The notes below the pieces were generated by a model, which ran no database searches, had not been told where the DNA came from, and was given only the letters and a program-made list of their open reading frames with translations. A stretch of DNA of 40,871 nt, taken from NCBI GenBank assembly GCA_947459165.1, contig CANHCW010000003.1, positions 1-40,871 on the forward strand, read 5' to 3'. Position numbers and translations under genes: made by a program. Positions 19,474-28,353 of this stretch are shown piece after piece. The stretch's first letter is position 1. Each line of letters opens with the position of its first letter. This stretch comes from Flavobacteriales bacterium. GTDB lineage: Bacteria; Bacteroidota; Bacteroidia; NS11-12g; UBA955.

Positions 19474-20697
19474 TTAAGCGTCGAGTTCTCCTGCAATTAC
19501 ATTCATACTGCTCATGGTAAGAATGGCATCACTCAGTAGAGAACCCTGAATCATTTCGGGGTAGGCCTGATAATAAATAAAACAAGGTCTGCGGAAATGC
19601 AGACGATACGGGGTTCTGCCTCCATCGCTAACCAAATAAAAGCCCAGTTCGCCGTTGGCCCCTTCCACACTGTGATACACTTCGCCAACCGGAATCGGGG
19701 TTTCGCCCATCACAATTTTAAAATGATAAATCAGGGCTTCCATGCTGTTGTACACATCCTGCTTTTCGGGCAGATAGTAGCCCGGAACATTAGCGTGGTG
19801 TAATCCTTCAGGCATGCCATCAAGCGCCTGCCTAATGATGTTCAGACTTTGCTGTATTTCTTCCTGACGAACCATAAAACGGTCGTAGGTATCGCCATCT
19901 TTTCCGATGGGAATATCAAATTCAAAATCGCCATAGCTGCTGTACGGATTCATAACTCGAATGTCATAATCAACGCCTGCAGCGCGCAAATTGGGACCGG
20001 TAAAACCATAACTGATAGCTCTTTCGGGCGAAATGGGACCTGCGCCTATAACCCTGTCCATAAAAATACGGTTGCGGGTAAGCAGACTGTCGAACTCCCC
20101 GAATTTGGCAGGAAACTCCTCCAGAAACTTGTTGAGTTTGCGCATGAATTCCGGAGAAAACTCCCTTTCAAAGCCGCCGATGCGACCGATGTTCGTGGTT
20201 AGCCTGGCTCCGCAAATCTCTTCAAACAGTTCATAAATTTTCTCCCTTTCCTGAAACACATAGGTAAACCCTGTAAGGGCACCGGTATCAACACCAATTA
20301 CCGAGTTACATACAAGATGATCGGCAATCCGCGCCAATTCCATAATAATCACCCGCATGTAATCCACTTTTTTAGGGACTTCAATTCCGGCCAGTTTCTC
20401 AACTGTCATTTCCCAACCCATATTATTAATGGGCGAAGAGCAATAATTCAGTCGGTCGGTGATGGGAGTAATCTGATTGTACGGTCTGCGTTCAGCCAAT
20501 TTTTCAAAAGCGCGGTGAATGTAACCCACCGTTGGTTCGCTGTGCAGTATGCGTTCGCCGTCAACTTTCAGTACATTCTGAAAAATACCGTGGGTGGCAG
20601 GGTGAGTTGGCCCAAGATTGAGGGTGGCTATTTCACCGTCAATCGTTTCGGTACTCACATAATTGTCGAAATTTTTATTCTGCGGCAGGTTGTTCAT
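19474..20697 (-). CDS. nuoD: NADH-quinone oxidoreductase subunit D
   Basis: LNLGPTHPATHG, GYIHRAFEK, GELGFY, terminal GELDA. Confidence 0.96.
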   Translation of the reverse strand: MNNLPQNKNFDNYVSTETIDGEIATLNLGPTHPATHGIFQNVLKVDGERILHSEPTVGYIHRAFEKLAERRPYNQITPITDRLNYCSSPINNMGWEMTVEKLAGIEVPKKVDYMRVIIMELARIADHLVCNSVIGVDTGALTGFTYVFQEREKIYELFEEICGARLTTNIGRIGGFEREFSPEFMRKLNKFLEEFPAKFGEFDSLLTRNRIFMDRVIGAGPISPERAISYGFTGPNLRAAGVDYDIRVMNPYSSYGDFEFDIPIGKDGDTYDRFMVRQEEIQQSLNIIRQALDGMPEGLHHANVPGYYLPEKQDVYNSMEALIYHFKIVMGETPIPVGEVYHSVEGANGELGFYLVSDGGRTPYRLHFRRPCFIYYQAYPEMIQGSLLSDAILTMSSMNVIAGELDA

Positions 20698-21200
20698 CTT
20701 CCAAAATATCTGTCGTCCTTGTCTTCGCGGGTTTCATCTTCCAGCGCGTATTCTTTTCTCAGCGGATGGTAATCCATCTCATCCATATTCAAAATGCGGC
20801 GCAAATCGGGATGCCCCTGAAATTGAATTCCATAAAAATCAAAGGTTTCCCTTTCCATCCAGTTGGCTGAAGCATACACTCCAGTCAAGGTGGGAACCTG
20901 CGGATTGTCGATTGAACAGAATGCTTTCACCCGCAATCTGTAATTATTCATCCAAGAATGAAAATGATAAACCACACCCAATTCCTTACCTTTATTGTCG
21001 GGGTAGTGAACTCCGCACAGGTCTGTCAGAAAGTTCATGGTCAACCGATCATGATCTCTTAACCATTCAGCCACTTCGGCTGCCTTCTCTGCACTCACCT
21101 CCACTGTCAGCATTCCATATTGTTCCTCGCTGCCGAGAACATCATCACCGAACTTCGATTTTAGTTCAGCCAGCGCGAATTCATTGTTTATTTCAGCCAT
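20694..21200 (-). CDS. nuoC: NADH-quinone oxidoreductase subunit C
   Basis: ANWMERETFDFYGIQFQGHPDLRRIL, HPLRKEY; start placed at ATG 21200, 4 nt after the nuoB stop. Confidence 0.95.
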   Translation of the reverse strand: MAEINNEFALAELKSKFGDDVLGSEEQYGMLTVEVSAEKAAEVAEWLRDHDRLTMNFLTDLCGVHYPDNKGKELGVVYHFHSWMNNYRLRVKAFCSIDNPQVPTLTGVYASANWMERETFDFYGIQFQGHPDLRRILNMDEMDYHPLRKEYALEDETREDKDDRYFGR

Positions 21201-21204
21201 TGAA

Positions 21205-21747
21205 TCAGGAAGTTTGAATGTTATAACTCTCCAGCATTTTCTTGTATTCGTCGCTATTTCTGCGTCGAAGACTTTCATTTCGTGCCAATTCCTGAATTTT
21301 CATCACGCCCTCGATAATTTGCTCGGGGCGAGGAGGACAACCGGGAACATATACATCCACGGGAATGATTCTGTCGATTCCCTGAAGAACCGAATAGGTA
21401 TCAAAAATACCTCCGCTGCTTGCACAGGCACCCACCGAAAGTACCCATTTGGGTTCTGCCATCTGGTCGTAAACCTGTTTCAAAACCGGACCCATTTTTT
21501 TGGCAATGGTACCCATCACCATCAGCAAATCGGCCTGCCTGGGCGAAAAACTCAATCGTTCGGAACCAAAACGAGCCAAATCATAATTGGAACCCATTGT
21601 GGCCATGAATTCAATTCCGCAACAAGAGGTGGCAAAAGGCAAAGGCCACAAAGAGTTTGCCCGGGCCATTCCAATTACTTTATCTACTGAGGTAGCGAAA
21701 AACCCCTGACCTTCAATCCCTTCGGGAGCATCGACCATTTTTACCAT
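21205..21747 (-). CDS. nuoB: NADH-quinone oxidoreductase subunit B
   Basis: [30 protein letters not shown]. Confidence 0.97.
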   Translation of the reverse strand: MVKMVDAPEGIEGQGFFATSVDKVIGMARANSLWPLPFATSCCGIEFMATMGSNYDLARFGSERLSFSPRQADLLMVMGTIAKKMGPVLKQVYDQMAEPKWVLSVGACASSGGIFDTYSVLQGIDRIIPVDVYVPGCPPRPEQIIEGVMKIQELARNESLRRRNSDEYKKMLESYNIQTS

Positions 21748-21775
21748 TTTATCAATCTTTTAAAAGTTGAACTGT

Positions 21776-22141
21776 TTATTTTTCCCATTCAAAGGCGCCC
21801 TTGCGCCATACATAAATGAAACCTGAGAGAAAGAGAGCTACGAATGAAACTACTGCCAAGAAACCCTCTACGCCCATTTCTTTGAAATTAACAGCGTAAG
21901 GGTAAAAAAAGATTACTTCCACATCGAACAACACAAACAGAATGGCGGTAAGAAAGTATTTCACAGAAACGGGAAACCTCGCGTTACCCTGACTTTCTAT
22001 ACCGCACTCAAAATTTTCTTCTTTCTGTACTGTTTTGCGTTTTGGACCCAACAAATGCGACAGACCCAAGGCCAGCGCTACGAAACCCACGGCAACTGCC
22101 GTTTGAATCAGAATGGGCAGATAACTTGAAGAATTGCTCAT
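21776..22141 (-). CDS. nuoA: NADH-quinone oxidoreductase subunit A
   Basis: FECG, LFVLFDVE, KGAFEW; three TM helices; TAAATTTG -7 element upstream. Confidence 0.96.
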   Translation of the reverse strand: MSNSSSYLPILIQTAVAVGFVALALGLSHLLGPKRKTVQKEENFECGIESQGNARFPVSVKYFLTAILFVLFDVEVIFFYPYAVNFKEMGVEGFLAVVSFVALFLSGFIYVWRKGAFEWEK

Positions 22142-22270
22142 TTACGCCACAAATTTAAGGATGCAACACTCCATTTTAATGTCAAACAATCCACATTTTA
22201 CATTGATTTTTTCCCAAACCGCTTGTTTCTGTATCTTCTTTGCCATTACTTGCGTAGAATCTATTAAAAT

Positions 22271-23047
22271 ATGAAAAAATATTACTTTTTATCGGGCATG
22301 GCCTTTGTAGGTCTTGCCGTAGTGTTAATGTCCAGTTCAAGCGGCCGCCCCGATGACCGCACCGGTGCCCCGGGTGCAGTTGGAAATTGCGGATCCTGTC
22401 ATTCAGGCGGATTACAACTTACCACTGTTACCATTGGTGTTACTGAAAAAGGTCAGACAACGCCCGTTACCAAATATCAACCCGGCAAAACCTATACCGT
22501 AGGTTTGCTCATCGGTGGTCTTTCTACCACCAAAGGCTTTCAGTCCACTGTACTCGATGCATCGAACAACAAAACCGGAACAACTTCCAATGCCTCAGCC
22601 GGTGCGAAAATTATTTCTACAAACGGCCGAGATATCGCAAGCCACAGCACGCCCAGCAGCACCGGAATCTGGTCTTACGACTGGACAGCACCTGCAAATC
22701 CAACCGGCAATGTTACCATTTATACTGCGGGAATGGCTGCCAATGGAAATGGCGGTGACAATGGCGATAAAGGCGCAACCGGAAACATCACCCTGACACT
22801 CGATAACAGTTCTGCCACTTCAGGTATTTCAGTTGATCTAAGTGTTTACCCCAACCCTTGTAGCAATGAGTTAATATTGCCTGCAAACACAACCTCAGCC
22901 AATGTTTACTCTGCCGATGGTAAGCTGCAGAACCCAATCATTTCTGAAAACAAAATCAATGTTTCGGGCTTGTCTGCGGGATTCTATTATGTGAAAGGAC
23001 AAACCTCAGCCGGTCAGACTTTCACCTCGAAAATTCAGAAAATCTAA
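22271..23047 (+). CDS. Secreted Reeler-like (choice-of-anchor V) protein with CxxCH motif and T9SS type A CTD
   Basis: Signal peptide; TGAPG..NCGSCH; YQPGKTYTV, GFQ, WSYDWTAP, AANGNG Reeler-like core; CTD VYPNP...LSAGFYYVK...KIQKI. Confidence 0.85.
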   Translation: MKKYYFLSGMAFVGLAVVLMSSSSGRPDDRTGAPGAVGNCGSCHSGGLQLTTVTIGVTEKGQTTPVTKYQPGKTYTVGLLIGGLSTTKGFQSTVLDASNNKTGTTSNASAGAKIISTNGRDIASHSTPSSTGIWSYDWTAPANPTGNVTIYTAGMAANGNGGDNGDKGATGNITLTLDNSSATSGISVDLSVYPNPCSNELILPANTTSANVYSADGKLQNPIISENKINVSGLSAGFYYVKGQTSAGQTFTSKIQKI

Positions 23048-23066
23048 ACTGCTCATTCACTCCAAG

Positions 23067-23094
23067 AAAAGCCGCTGCCTCAGCGGCTTTTTTT
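23067..23094. terminator. Bidirectional intrinsic terminator
   Basis: AAAAGCCGCTG-CCT-CAGCGGCTTTTTTT between the convergent Reeler and mltG genes. Confidence 0.85.
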
Positions 23095-24103
23095 ATTTGA
23101 TTCCACGGTCATTCATCCATTTGTGAAACGCTGCTGCATTCACTTTGTGCTCTTCATAAGTTTTTGCAAAACTGTGATACCCGCTTCCGTCGGCTTTGGC
23201 ACAGAAATACAAAAAATCGTGTGTTTTGTAGTTAAGCACCGCCTCTACACTTTCCTTGTTGGGAATGCAAAGCGGACCGGGAGGAAGTCCTGTGTGAATA
23301 TAGGTATTGTAAGGACTATTGATTTTTAAATCGGCTTCCAGCACCCTGCCGGCTCGTCCCCGGGCAAAAACAACCGTGGGATCGGCCTGCAACAGCATTC
23401 CTTTTCTCAAACGGTTCATGTAAACCCCGGCGATGTTCTCGTACTCTGCGGTTTTGTTGCTTTCTTTGGTTACAATGCTGGCGAGTGTAATCACCTCCTT
23501 GCAGGTTAAATTTTGAATTACCGACCGCTGTATTCTCTTTGGATTCCAGAATTTTTCATATTCTTTTTCCATTCGCTTTAGCAACTCAGGTAACTCTGTG
23601 GAAACATACATGTTGTAAGTATTCGGAATAAAAAGCGCAGGCCAAGTTGTATCATTGAAACCATAAGATTTGAGTTGAGTTCCTGTTTTCAGCATAAAAA
23701 GAAAACTATCTGCATCTACTTCAATTTTGGTTGCAAGCACCCTCGACAAACTTTCGGCATCCATGCTTCCTAAAATCACCACATTCACCGTTTGCTTTCT
23801 ATTTTCAATTAACAAATCGGTTACAGTTTTGACATTGGCACCTGCCGGTATATCAATAATGCAGGGCCTAACTTGACTATACCCCCTCCATTTCAGCCAC
23901 CGCAGAAACCGATCTTTGTATTTCAGGCCGGCTTGTTTCTCCATTTCTGCGGCAAGCTTTTCCAGATTCCAGCTCTTTCTAACCCTCATTTTAATCGTTT
24001 TTTCATTGCTGAACGACCGGAAAAAAAGCTGAATGGAAACAATCCCAAAAATTGCCAAAACAACGGCAGCAATAACCGAGGCTATGAGCCATTTTTTATT
24101 CAT
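23093..24103 (-). CDS. mltG: Endolytic transglycosylase MltG
   Basis: N-terminal TM, LASIVTKE, NRLRKGMLLQADPT, SPYNTY, GLPPGP; start placed at ATG 24103. Confidence 0.94.
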   Translation of the reverse strand: MNKKWLIASVIAAVVLAIFGIVSIQLFFRSFSNEKTIKMRVRKSWNLEKLAAEMEKQAGLKYKDRFLRWLKWRGYSQVRPCIIDIPAGANVKTVTDLLIENRKQTVNVVILGSMDAESLSRVLATKIEVDADSFLFMLKTGTQLKSYGFNDTTWPALFIPNTYNMYVSTELPELLKRMEKEYEKFWNPKRIQRSVIQNLTCKEVITLASIVTKESNKTAEYENIAGVYMNRLRKGMLLQADPTVVFARGRAGRVLEADLKINSPYNTYIHTGLPPGPLCIPNKESVEAVLNYKTHDFLYFCAKADGSGYHSFAKTYEEHKVNAAAFHKWMNDRGIK

Positions 24104-24180
24104 CGGCTGCAAAAATCCGTAAAAATGAGACTGTGATAAAGGTTTTTTTGCACAAGCAACTGCAATATTACCTTTGCTAT

Positions 24181-24918
24181 GTGAAGTTAGCACTAATCGG
24201 TTACGGTAAAATGGGCAGAGAGATTGAACGCCTTGCCCACCAAAAAGGACATGAAATTACCGGGCGTTTTGGAAGCGCAAATATGCCAAGCACTGAAACA
24301 TTGAAGCTGGCTGATGTCGCCATTGAATTTACCCGCCCTGAACTTGCACCAAAACACATTGCCCTTTGCCAACAGGCAGGCATTCCGGTAGTGGTAGGAA
24401 CAACTGGTTGGTACGCCCATTTCGATGAAATCAGCGCATTGTTCAAGCACAATGGAGCCCTGTTTACAGCCACCAATTTTTCAATTGGGGTGAATTTGAC
24501 CTACTTCATTAACAGAATGCTTGCAAAAATGATGCAAACCGCCGATTACGCTGCCGGCATTACTGAAATTCACCACACCAAAAAACTCGATGCTCCCAGC
24601 GGAACAGCCATCACCTTGGCCGAGGGAATCATTCAAAACCATACCCATTTCAGCTCCTGGGGTTTAAGCAATGAGGAAAAACAATCTTTCGGTCCCGTTT
24701 TACCTGTTCAGGCCATTCGCCAAGATGAAGTGCCAGGAACCCACAGCATTTTGTGGAATAATGAAATTGACAGCATTGAAATTAAACACACCGCACACAA
24801 TAGAACCGGCTTCGCTTTGGGTGCATTAACAGCTGCAGAGTGGATAATTGGAAAATCGGGCGTTTATGGTATGCAGGACTTGCTTAATTTTGAAGCATTG
24901 TTTTCCAAAACCACCTAA
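24181..24918 (+). CDS. dapB: 4-hydroxy-tetrahydrodipicolinate reductase
   Basis: GYGKMG, VVGTTG, NFSIGV, EIHHTKKLDAPSGTA; GTG start 4 nt after TACCTTTG. Confidence 0.95.
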   Translation: MKLALIGYGKMGREIERLAHQKGHEITGRFGSANMPSTETLKLADVAIEFTRPELAPKHIALCQQAGIPVVVGTTGWYAHFDEISALFKHNGALFTATNFSIGVNLTYFINRMLAKMMQTADYAAGITEIHHTKKLDAPSGTAITLAEGIIQNHTHFSSWGLSNEEKQSFGPVLPVQAIRQDEVPGTHSILWNNEIDSIEIKHTAHNRTGFALGALTAAEWIIGKSGVYGMQDLLNFEALFSKTT

Positions 24919-24924
24919 TTCAAA

Positions 24925-26493
24925 ATGGAATCGTACGCACTCGGCATTTTTCTGAGCATTTGGCTCACCACTTTTCTATTGAGCCGCTTGGGCTTGTATC
25001 TGCTCTTTCAAAAAGCCGGACAAACCGCCTGGGTTGCATTCATTCCCATCATAAGCTGGTGGTTCTGGATTAAACTCGTTGGCCGCCCATGGTGGTACAT
25101 GATTGGCATGATGATTCCTGCTGCCAACATTCTGTTTAGCTTTAATATCACGCTTGATTTGTTGCGCAGTTACGGTCAGTTTAAATTCTGGCAACATTTG
25201 CTCGGAATGTTGTTTACCTACTTTTATCTGCCCTGGATTGGTTTCAAAAAAGAAGTAAAATTCCTGGGGCAGGGCGGAAATCCGGACTGGCGAAAGAAGA
25301 ATATTCCACCGCACGGTGGGAGTCGTGAATGGGCAGATGCACTGCTATACGCAGGTTACATAGCCGGTGGTATTCGCGCACTGTATTTCGATTTGTATGT
25401 CATTCCCACACCTAGTATGGAAAGCAACATGAAAGTGGGCGACTACCTGGTGGTTTCCAGGGTGAAAATAGGAATGCGCATTCCCATGACACCACTTACC
25501 GTTCCCGTTATTGCTCACAAAGAATTAATGGGAATGAAAGCTTTTAGCGATCTGGTTCGACTGCCGTACATGCGTTTACCAGGGTGGCACACCATTAAAA
25601 ACAACGATGTACTGGTGTTCAACTGGCCCGCCGATCCTCCCGACCCCAATACAGGAAATGAATTCCCTCCCGACAAAAAAGAAAATTATGTAAAGCGCTG
25701 TGTAGGCGTGCCCGGCGATTCGCTGAAAGTAGTAAAAGGCCAGGTTTTTATTCGCAAAAAAGGCGAAAACTGGAAGGCCCTAACACCGGTAAGCAAACAG
25801 CAATCGAAATACCTGCTCACCATGAAAAGTCCCATTACCCAGGATTTCCTGTTTGAAAACGATCTGGGCGATTTCAGGCCGCATCCCCGCGCCATGGAAA
25901 TCATGAAGGCAGCACAAAAATCAGGAGTTCCCCAAATTCCTTATTTGGTTCACACCTACAAAAGCAATGCGGCATTGATAAACAAAGATCCCCGCGTGGT
26001 GAGCATCATTGAAGAACCTTTCGACAACGAACGCGATCAAAGCCTGTTTCCGGATACGGCCAACAACACTTCGTTGAAGCATTCATGGGACATCAACAAT
26101 TACGGCCCCATTTATCTGCCGCAACGAGGCGAAACCATCAAACTGGATATCAAAACATGGGATTACTACAAACTAGCCGTGAACAAATACGAAGAAGCAG
26201 GCATTACATGGAACGGCAGTAATTTTATTCAGGATGGAAAACCCGTGAGTGACTACACCTTCCGCTTTGGCTATTTTTGGATGATGGGCGACAACCGCTA
26301 CAACAGTCTTGACAGCCGCATGTGGGGCTATGTTCCCGAAGATCACATTGTGGGAAAACCCCTGTTCACCTTCTTCAGCTTGATCAAAGTGATTAAAATA
26401 GACGAAGTGGGAACTCCGCTAATCCACGACGGAAACTACATGTACGAAACCAAAGGAGTGCGCTGGAATAAAATTTTTAGAGGTATTGAATAA
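24925..26493 (+). CDS. lepB: Signal peptidase I with N-terminal DUF5684-like membrane domain
   Basis: IPTPSME (Ser), YVKRC (Lys), MGDNRYNSLDSR; N-terminus LFQKAG..WVAFIPI..RPWW. Confidence 0.93.
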   Translation: MESYALGIFLSIWLTTFLLSRLGLYLLFQKAGQTAWVAFIPIISWWFWIKLVGRPWWYMIGMMIPAANILFSFNITLDLLRSYGQFKFWQHLLGMLFTYFYLPWIGFKKEVKFLGQGGNPDWRKKNIPPHGGSREWADALLYAGYIAGGIRALYFDLYVIPTPSMESNMKVGDYLVVSRVKIGMRIPMTPLTVPVIAHKELMGMKAFSDLVRLPYMRLPGWHTIKNNDVLVFNWPADPPDPNTGNEFPPDKKENYVKRCVGVPGDSLKVVKGQVFIRKKGENWKALTPVSKQQSKYLLTMKSPITQDFLFENDLGDFRPHPRAMEIMKAAQKSGVPQIPYLVHTYKSNAALINKDPRVVSIIEEPFDNERDQSLFPDTANNTSLKHSWDINNYGPIYLPQRGETIKLDIKTWDYYKLAVNKYEEAGITWNGSNFIQDGKPVSDYTFRFGYFWMMGDNRYNSLDSRMWGYVPEDHIVGKPLFTFFSLIKVIKIDEVGTPLIHDGNYMYETKGVRWNKIFRGIE

Positions 26494-26725
26494 GTTGCAA
26501 ATGATTGCATTCCTATTCAACAATCACATCAATTATCCATATTTAAGATTCGGCTGATTTAAAATAGAAAACAAGGCAATTCCTTTTTAGGCCTTGAATA
26601 TCTTCAGCAAGAGGCGCCGGAAATAAAGAAAAAACTAAAGCAGCAACTTATTCAGGAGCTCACAGATAAGCTCTAATGACCGTTAATGTAAATTGTTCTG
26701 CTTCCTAGTTAACCCAGTTACAATT

Positions 26726-26857
26726 AAACCACCCTTCGGCAAGCTCAAAAGGACATTACGACTACTTAACAATTAATCCAATAAACAATTACACAGTTGC
26801 ACTAACAAACCACCCCTCGGCAAACTCAGGATGACATTACGACTACTCAACAATTAA
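26726..26857 (+). repeat. Two 51-bp direct repeats with a REP-like core
   Basis: 26726-26776 and 26807-26857 match at 45/51 positions; core CCCYTCGGCAARCTCAGGATGAC. Confidence 0.85.
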
Positions 26858-26932
26858 ACCATTAAACCATTCACTATTAAACCATTCCACCATTAAACTA
26901 TTTCACAATTAAACCATTCACTATTAAACCAT
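26853..26932 (+). repeat. Degenerate 7-8 bp tandem repeat (ATTAAACC-type, 10 units)
   Basis: ATTAAACC ATTAAACC ATTCACT ATTAAACC ATTCCACC ATTAAACT ATTTCACA ATTAAACC ATTCACT ATTAAACC. Confidence 0.9.
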
Positions 26933-26938
26933 CCCCCC

Positions 26939-28159
26939 TCACAAAAACATCCCAGCCATCAAATCGATATCGTGGTAACGAATTCCGAATTTATCGGACA
27001 GAGCCTTGTTGGTTAGGCTGCCTTTAAACAGGTATGAACCTTTTCTGATTCCGGGCTTCAACTTCAGATAATCAGCAAAACCACCCATCGAGGCCATTTC
27101 ATCCAGCATGGGAGTAAACACATTGCTCAGTGCGTAACTGGCCGTGCGACTAACACGGCTGGCAATATTGGGAACGCAGTAGTGAATCACATCGTGTTTG
27201 TGTATCACCGGTTTTTCATGGTTGGTGAGTTCGCTGGTTTCAAAATTTCCGCCGCGGTCAATTGCCACATCAATAATCACGCTGTTGGGACGCATGTTTA
27301 TGACCATTTGTTCGGTCACCACCACCGGACTTCTTGCTCCCTTTCCGGAGAGTGCCCCAATCACCACATCGGCACTTTCAAGCGCCCCTGCCAAAACCCT
27401 TGGGTGTATGGTGCTGGTGTATAAATGAAATCCAAAGTTTTTCTGAATACGACGCAGCCGGTACATGTTGTTATCAAACACTTTAACATTTGCCCCCAAA
27501 CCCAAGGCGGCTTTGGTGGCAAACTCTCCCACTGCTCCGGCTCCGATCACCACCACCTGCGTTGGCGGCACTCCCGCAAAACCTCCCAGCAATTCGCCTT
27601 TACCTATGTGGGTATTGTTCAAATATTCTGCTGCAATTAAAATGGATGCGGTGCCTGCTATTTCACTCATCGCCCGAATGATGGGCCTTGTACCCGAATC
27701 GTCTTCCAAAAATTCATAAGCCATTGCATTGATCCGCTTATCCATCATCATTTTTAGCAGGACTTCATCCAGCTGATTGATTTGAAGCGCGGAAATCAAC
27801 AGCTGTCCGGGGTGCATCATTTCAATCTCTTTGCGCGTTGGCGGATCAATCTTCAGCACAATGTCTGCATCGTAAATTTCTTTGGGGTTGTAAACAATCT
27901 TCGCACCACATTCACTGTACTGCGTGTCAGCGAAATTGGCGTTTCGGCCGGCTCCGCTTTCCAACATAATGTTGTGGCCATTCGAGGTAAAATAATGTAC
28001 TGCCGATGGAGTAAGTGGAACCCGATTTTCCTGAAAGGTAATCTCCTTTGGAATGCCAATGTTCAAGCTGTGATTCCGACTGTCTTTTCGCAGCGTCTGA
28101 GCCAGTGTTTCGGCCTGAGCCTGTGGATTTGAAATTTCTCCCATCAACTTTTTAGACAT
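26939..28159 (-). CDS. ald: Alanine dehydrogenase-like protein (AlaDH/PNT family)
   Basis: IGIPKE..QENRV, MSEIAG, GAGAVG, DVAIDRGG, HYCVPNI; N-terminal extension; Gln at the apparent catalytic His position. Confidence 0.85.
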   Translation of the reverse strand: MSKKLMGEISNPQAQAETLAQTLRKDSRNHSLNIGIPKEITFQENRVPLTPSAVHYFTSNGHNIMLESGAGRNANFADTQYSECGAKIVYNPKEIYDADIVLKIDPPTRKEIEMMHPGQLLISALQINQLDEVLLKMMMDKRINAMAYEFLEDDSGTRPIIRAMSEIAGTASILIAAEYLNNTHIGKGELLGGFAGVPPTQVVVIGAGAVGEFATKAALGLGANVKVFDNNMYRLRRIQKNFGFHLYTSTIHPRVLAGALESADVVIGALSGKGARSPVVVTEQMVINMRPNSVIIDVAIDRGGNFETSELTNHEKPVIHKHDVIHYCVPNIASRVSRTASYALSNVFTPMLDEMASMGGFADYLKLKPGIRKGSYLFKGSLTNKALSDKFGIRYHDIDLMAGMFL

Positions 28160-28353
28160 TTTTTAGCGGTGTTGTATCCATTATACAGGTGCTTCATTAA
28201 ACAATGCAATACCAACGGATAACAATGTTTATGCAGGTTTTACAAATATACAAAATTTTGAGCTATACCCATTCGTTATTCTGGTACATTTTTTGCAACT
28301 TGAAAGGCAAAGATCTATATTTGTAAGAAGCAGAATATTTACCAACAAGGCAT

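Noticed and set aside
26726-26857. Mini CRISPR (repeat-30 bp-repeat)
   Set aside because: Only two diverged copies, and the intervening 30 bp is itself low-complexity 8-mer repeat.
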